This document shows, in pieces, positions 61,253 through 64,000 of a DNA stretch of 64,000 nt. The first letter of the stretch is position 1. Each line of letters starts with the position of its first letter. A model generated the notes under the pieces. That model searched no databases. It was not told the DNA's origin and was given only the letters and a program-made list of their open reading frames with translations. The position numbers were made by a program, and so were the translations under genes. The stretch covers positions 23,436,001 to 23,500,000 of the forward strand of contig OZ024747.1 of assembly GCA_964016885.1 (NCBI GenBank), in the 5' to 3' direction. This DNA is from Eledone cirrhosa (taxonomy: Eukaryota).

Positions 61253-62649
61253 ATAGTCATTTATTCAAAAGGATACTTTTTGCATTAATTCTACGCATAG
61301 ATTTTCAATAATTTTGTGTAATTTCATATGATATTATTAACACTTTTGATACCCACCTACCAAAAACCATCCACCATACATTTTTACCTAATGATATGTT
61401 TAAAATACCTTCTTATTAAACTAACTAATAATTTTAGTAAATTCCTCCAAATTCTTCATTCATTAATTCAAATACTGTGTATTTCATTTATAAAAATATG
61501 CTGACAAAAAAGGTTAAAGATTGTGACACTGGGTTGATAAATTGTGTATATTTGATCTTTTATATATTAGGTATTGCCAAATCAAGACGTTAAGGGATTT
61601 TCTTTCTTTTTTTTATATTTTACATTGGTTGAAAATGTGGACTGCTTAACTTTATTATTCTAAACTAGCAGAAAAACCACCCTTCGGGTGGTTTTCTACT
61701 AGCATGTCTAGTGTGTATATTGATATTATACGCAAGTATATATACATGTAGATATGATGCATCAAATAAAATCGTAATTGACAATATACACAGAAATTGA
61801 ACGAAGACGTTGTTACACTGTCTTATGTAATCAGTAACGTAATACATGATACATTAAAAAAAGACGATATTATATATAAACTGCATTAGGAGAAAATTAG
61901 TGACAGAAAATTGGTATGTTTATTTAAGTGATTGCCACCGGAAGTGTTGACATCACACACTCTCTCTTTCTATATATATGGTAGTGGTGGTGGTGGTGGC
62001 AACGATATACCGGAAGTGCAACTTTGAAAAGAAGTCAATTTTAAATTATTTATTTTTACGAAACTATTTTTGTTTACGAAATTTAGTAGATAAATTATGT
62101 AATATTCATTCTTGGCAGTATCGGTAGAGGGTCGGACGCCATGCTTTGACGTATAGAGTTACGGCCCTTGCCATTCTGAGTTCAAATCCCGCCGAGATTA
62201 ACTTTGCCTTTCATCCTTACGGGGTCGATAAAATAAAGTACCAGTAATACACTGGATTAAATTGCTGGCCTTGTGCCAAAAGTAGAAACAATTATTTATT
62301 CAAAGTAATCCAACTTATTTTACTAACGGTATAAAAAAAAAATAAACCGTACGCACTCCCGCAGACCTTCCTTTATTATGGTTTATATATATATATATAA
62401 TAATAATAATAATTGTTTCTACTTTTGGCACAAGGCCAGCAAATATCCCAGTGTATTAATGGTACTTTATTTTATCGACCCCGTAAGGATGAAAGGCAAA
62501 GTTAACCTCGGCGGGATTTGAACTCAGACCATAAAGGGCCGTAACTCTTTGCTGCAAAGCATGGCGTCCGACCCTCTACCGATACTGCCAATCCAAATAA
62601 TAAAATGTGGAGAGGAAGTACACGAGTTAGGATATATATATATATATAT

Positions 62650-63849
62650 ATGAAAACAGGGAGAAAGAGACGATTATTAGGAAGAAAAATTTTTTTTTTC
62701 CTTTTTTGTTTCTCTCTCTCTTTTTTCTGGGTTAGAAAATTATTAAAACGAAATGTTTTACTTTGTGTGAAGGGTTAAGGTATGAGTTGATTTATTTATT
62801 ATTTAACAATGGCATTTATTTATCTATTTATATATTTAATAATTGTCTATTACCGGTTTCAGCATTTTTATGCATTATCAAATGATAGTGAAATGTATTA
62901 GAGTGGTGTCACACATGTTAAAGAGAAGGTGCAGAAAGAATAATGTTATTTACAAACAAGGTTTATGAAGTGAAAAGAAAAAAGAAGAAAAAAATGGGTA
63001 TAATGTAGAGCATAAAAAGTCAATGTGAAAGAAAAATAATGTTATTTACAGGCACAGTTATTGAAGTTAAGCAGATCAAAATGTGTTAATATAGCAAGAG
63101 CGCTTAGTTGATCCATAATTCCATGATGGAGGCAAATGGTGGACTGAGGTTTGATATGATTTCCCTTTTTAGAGAGTTAATATGCAGGGGGAAGCAATTC
63201 TTGCTGGATGATATTTAATTTATTTAAGAAAAAGGATTAGGTAGGGTGTGAGGGAGGTAACTCTTGTAAATGTTTGATTTTTTGTTGCAGTTTTAGATAA
63301 ATTAAATATCATCCAGCAAGAATTGCTTCCCCCTGCATATTAACTCTCTATAAAGGGAAATCATATCAAACCTCAGTCCACCATTTGCCTCCATCATGGA
63401 TCAACTAAGCGCTCTTGCTATATTAACACATTTTGATCTGCTTAACTTCAATAACTATGCCTGTAAATAACATTATTTTTTCTTCCACATTGACTTTTTA
63501 TGCTCTACATTATGCCCGTTCTCTTTTTCTTTTTACTTCATAAACCTTGTTTGTAAATAACATTATTCTTTCTGCACCTTCTCTTTAACATGTGTGACAC
63601 CACACTAATACATTTCGCTATCATTTGATAATGCATAAAAATGCTGAAACCGGTAATAGACAATTATTAAATATATAAATAGATAAATAAATGCCATTGT
63701 TAAATAATAAATAAATCAACTCATACCTTAACCCTTCACACAAAGTAAAACATTTCGTTTTAATCATTTTCTAACCCAGAAATAAGAGAAACAAAAAAGA
63801 AAAAAAATTTTTTTCTTCCTAATAATCGTCCCTTTCTCCCTGTTTTCAT
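62650..63849. mobile_element. Penelope-like fold-back element; arms of about 570 bp (62650-63229 and 63293-63849)
   Basis: Highly similar inverted arms with a spacer of about 60 bp, in (TA)n context; hammerhead-like motif in each arm. Confidence 0.75.
63618..63659 (+). ncRNA. Hammerhead-like motif with TTGATAA (U3-A8) core (mirror at 62847-62888, minus)
   Basis: TTGATAA-TGCAT(AAAA)ATGCT-GAAA-CCGG-TA; palindromic stem III; stem I weak or bulged. Confidence 0.55.
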
Positions 63850-64000
63850 ATATATATATATGCTGTGATAGTTTGGTGTTTCATTTTGTTATCATCAATT
63901 TCTAAATAAATGTATGTTGTATTGTGGGTTAATTAAAGACTTGTATTTTACTTTAATACTTATTAAACACTTGGATTCTTGAAATAAACTATTCTTATTT

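Overview
AT-rich animal genomic DNA full of microsatellites and SINEs; the SINE types and repeat landscape suggest an octopod cephalopod (inference). The + strand carries one multi-exon gene, reconstructed by hand as 27 phase-consistent GT-AG coding exons (6730-59833, 3720 nt, about 1239 aa). It encodes a divergent myosin-VII-type tail (MyTH4-FERM-SH3-MyTH4-FERM), and no motor, IQ or SAH sequence is visible, so it may be a headless myosin-VII derivative. The introns and flanks hold tRNA-derived SINEs, MITEs (hAT, Tc1/pogo, piggyBac), Helitron pieces and LINE remnants (R4/Dong-like, CRE-like, RTE-like). They also hold many Penelope-like fold-back insertions carrying minimal type I hammerhead ribozyme motifs. 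The clearest is a non-coding 467-bp tandem array (32930-34638) with one intact hammerhead per unit plus an inverted copy, resembling a retrozyme. Several hammerhead families show non-canonical cores (CCGAnGA, UUGAnAA) and changes that preserve the palindromic stem III. All homology calls are by eye and were not database-searched.
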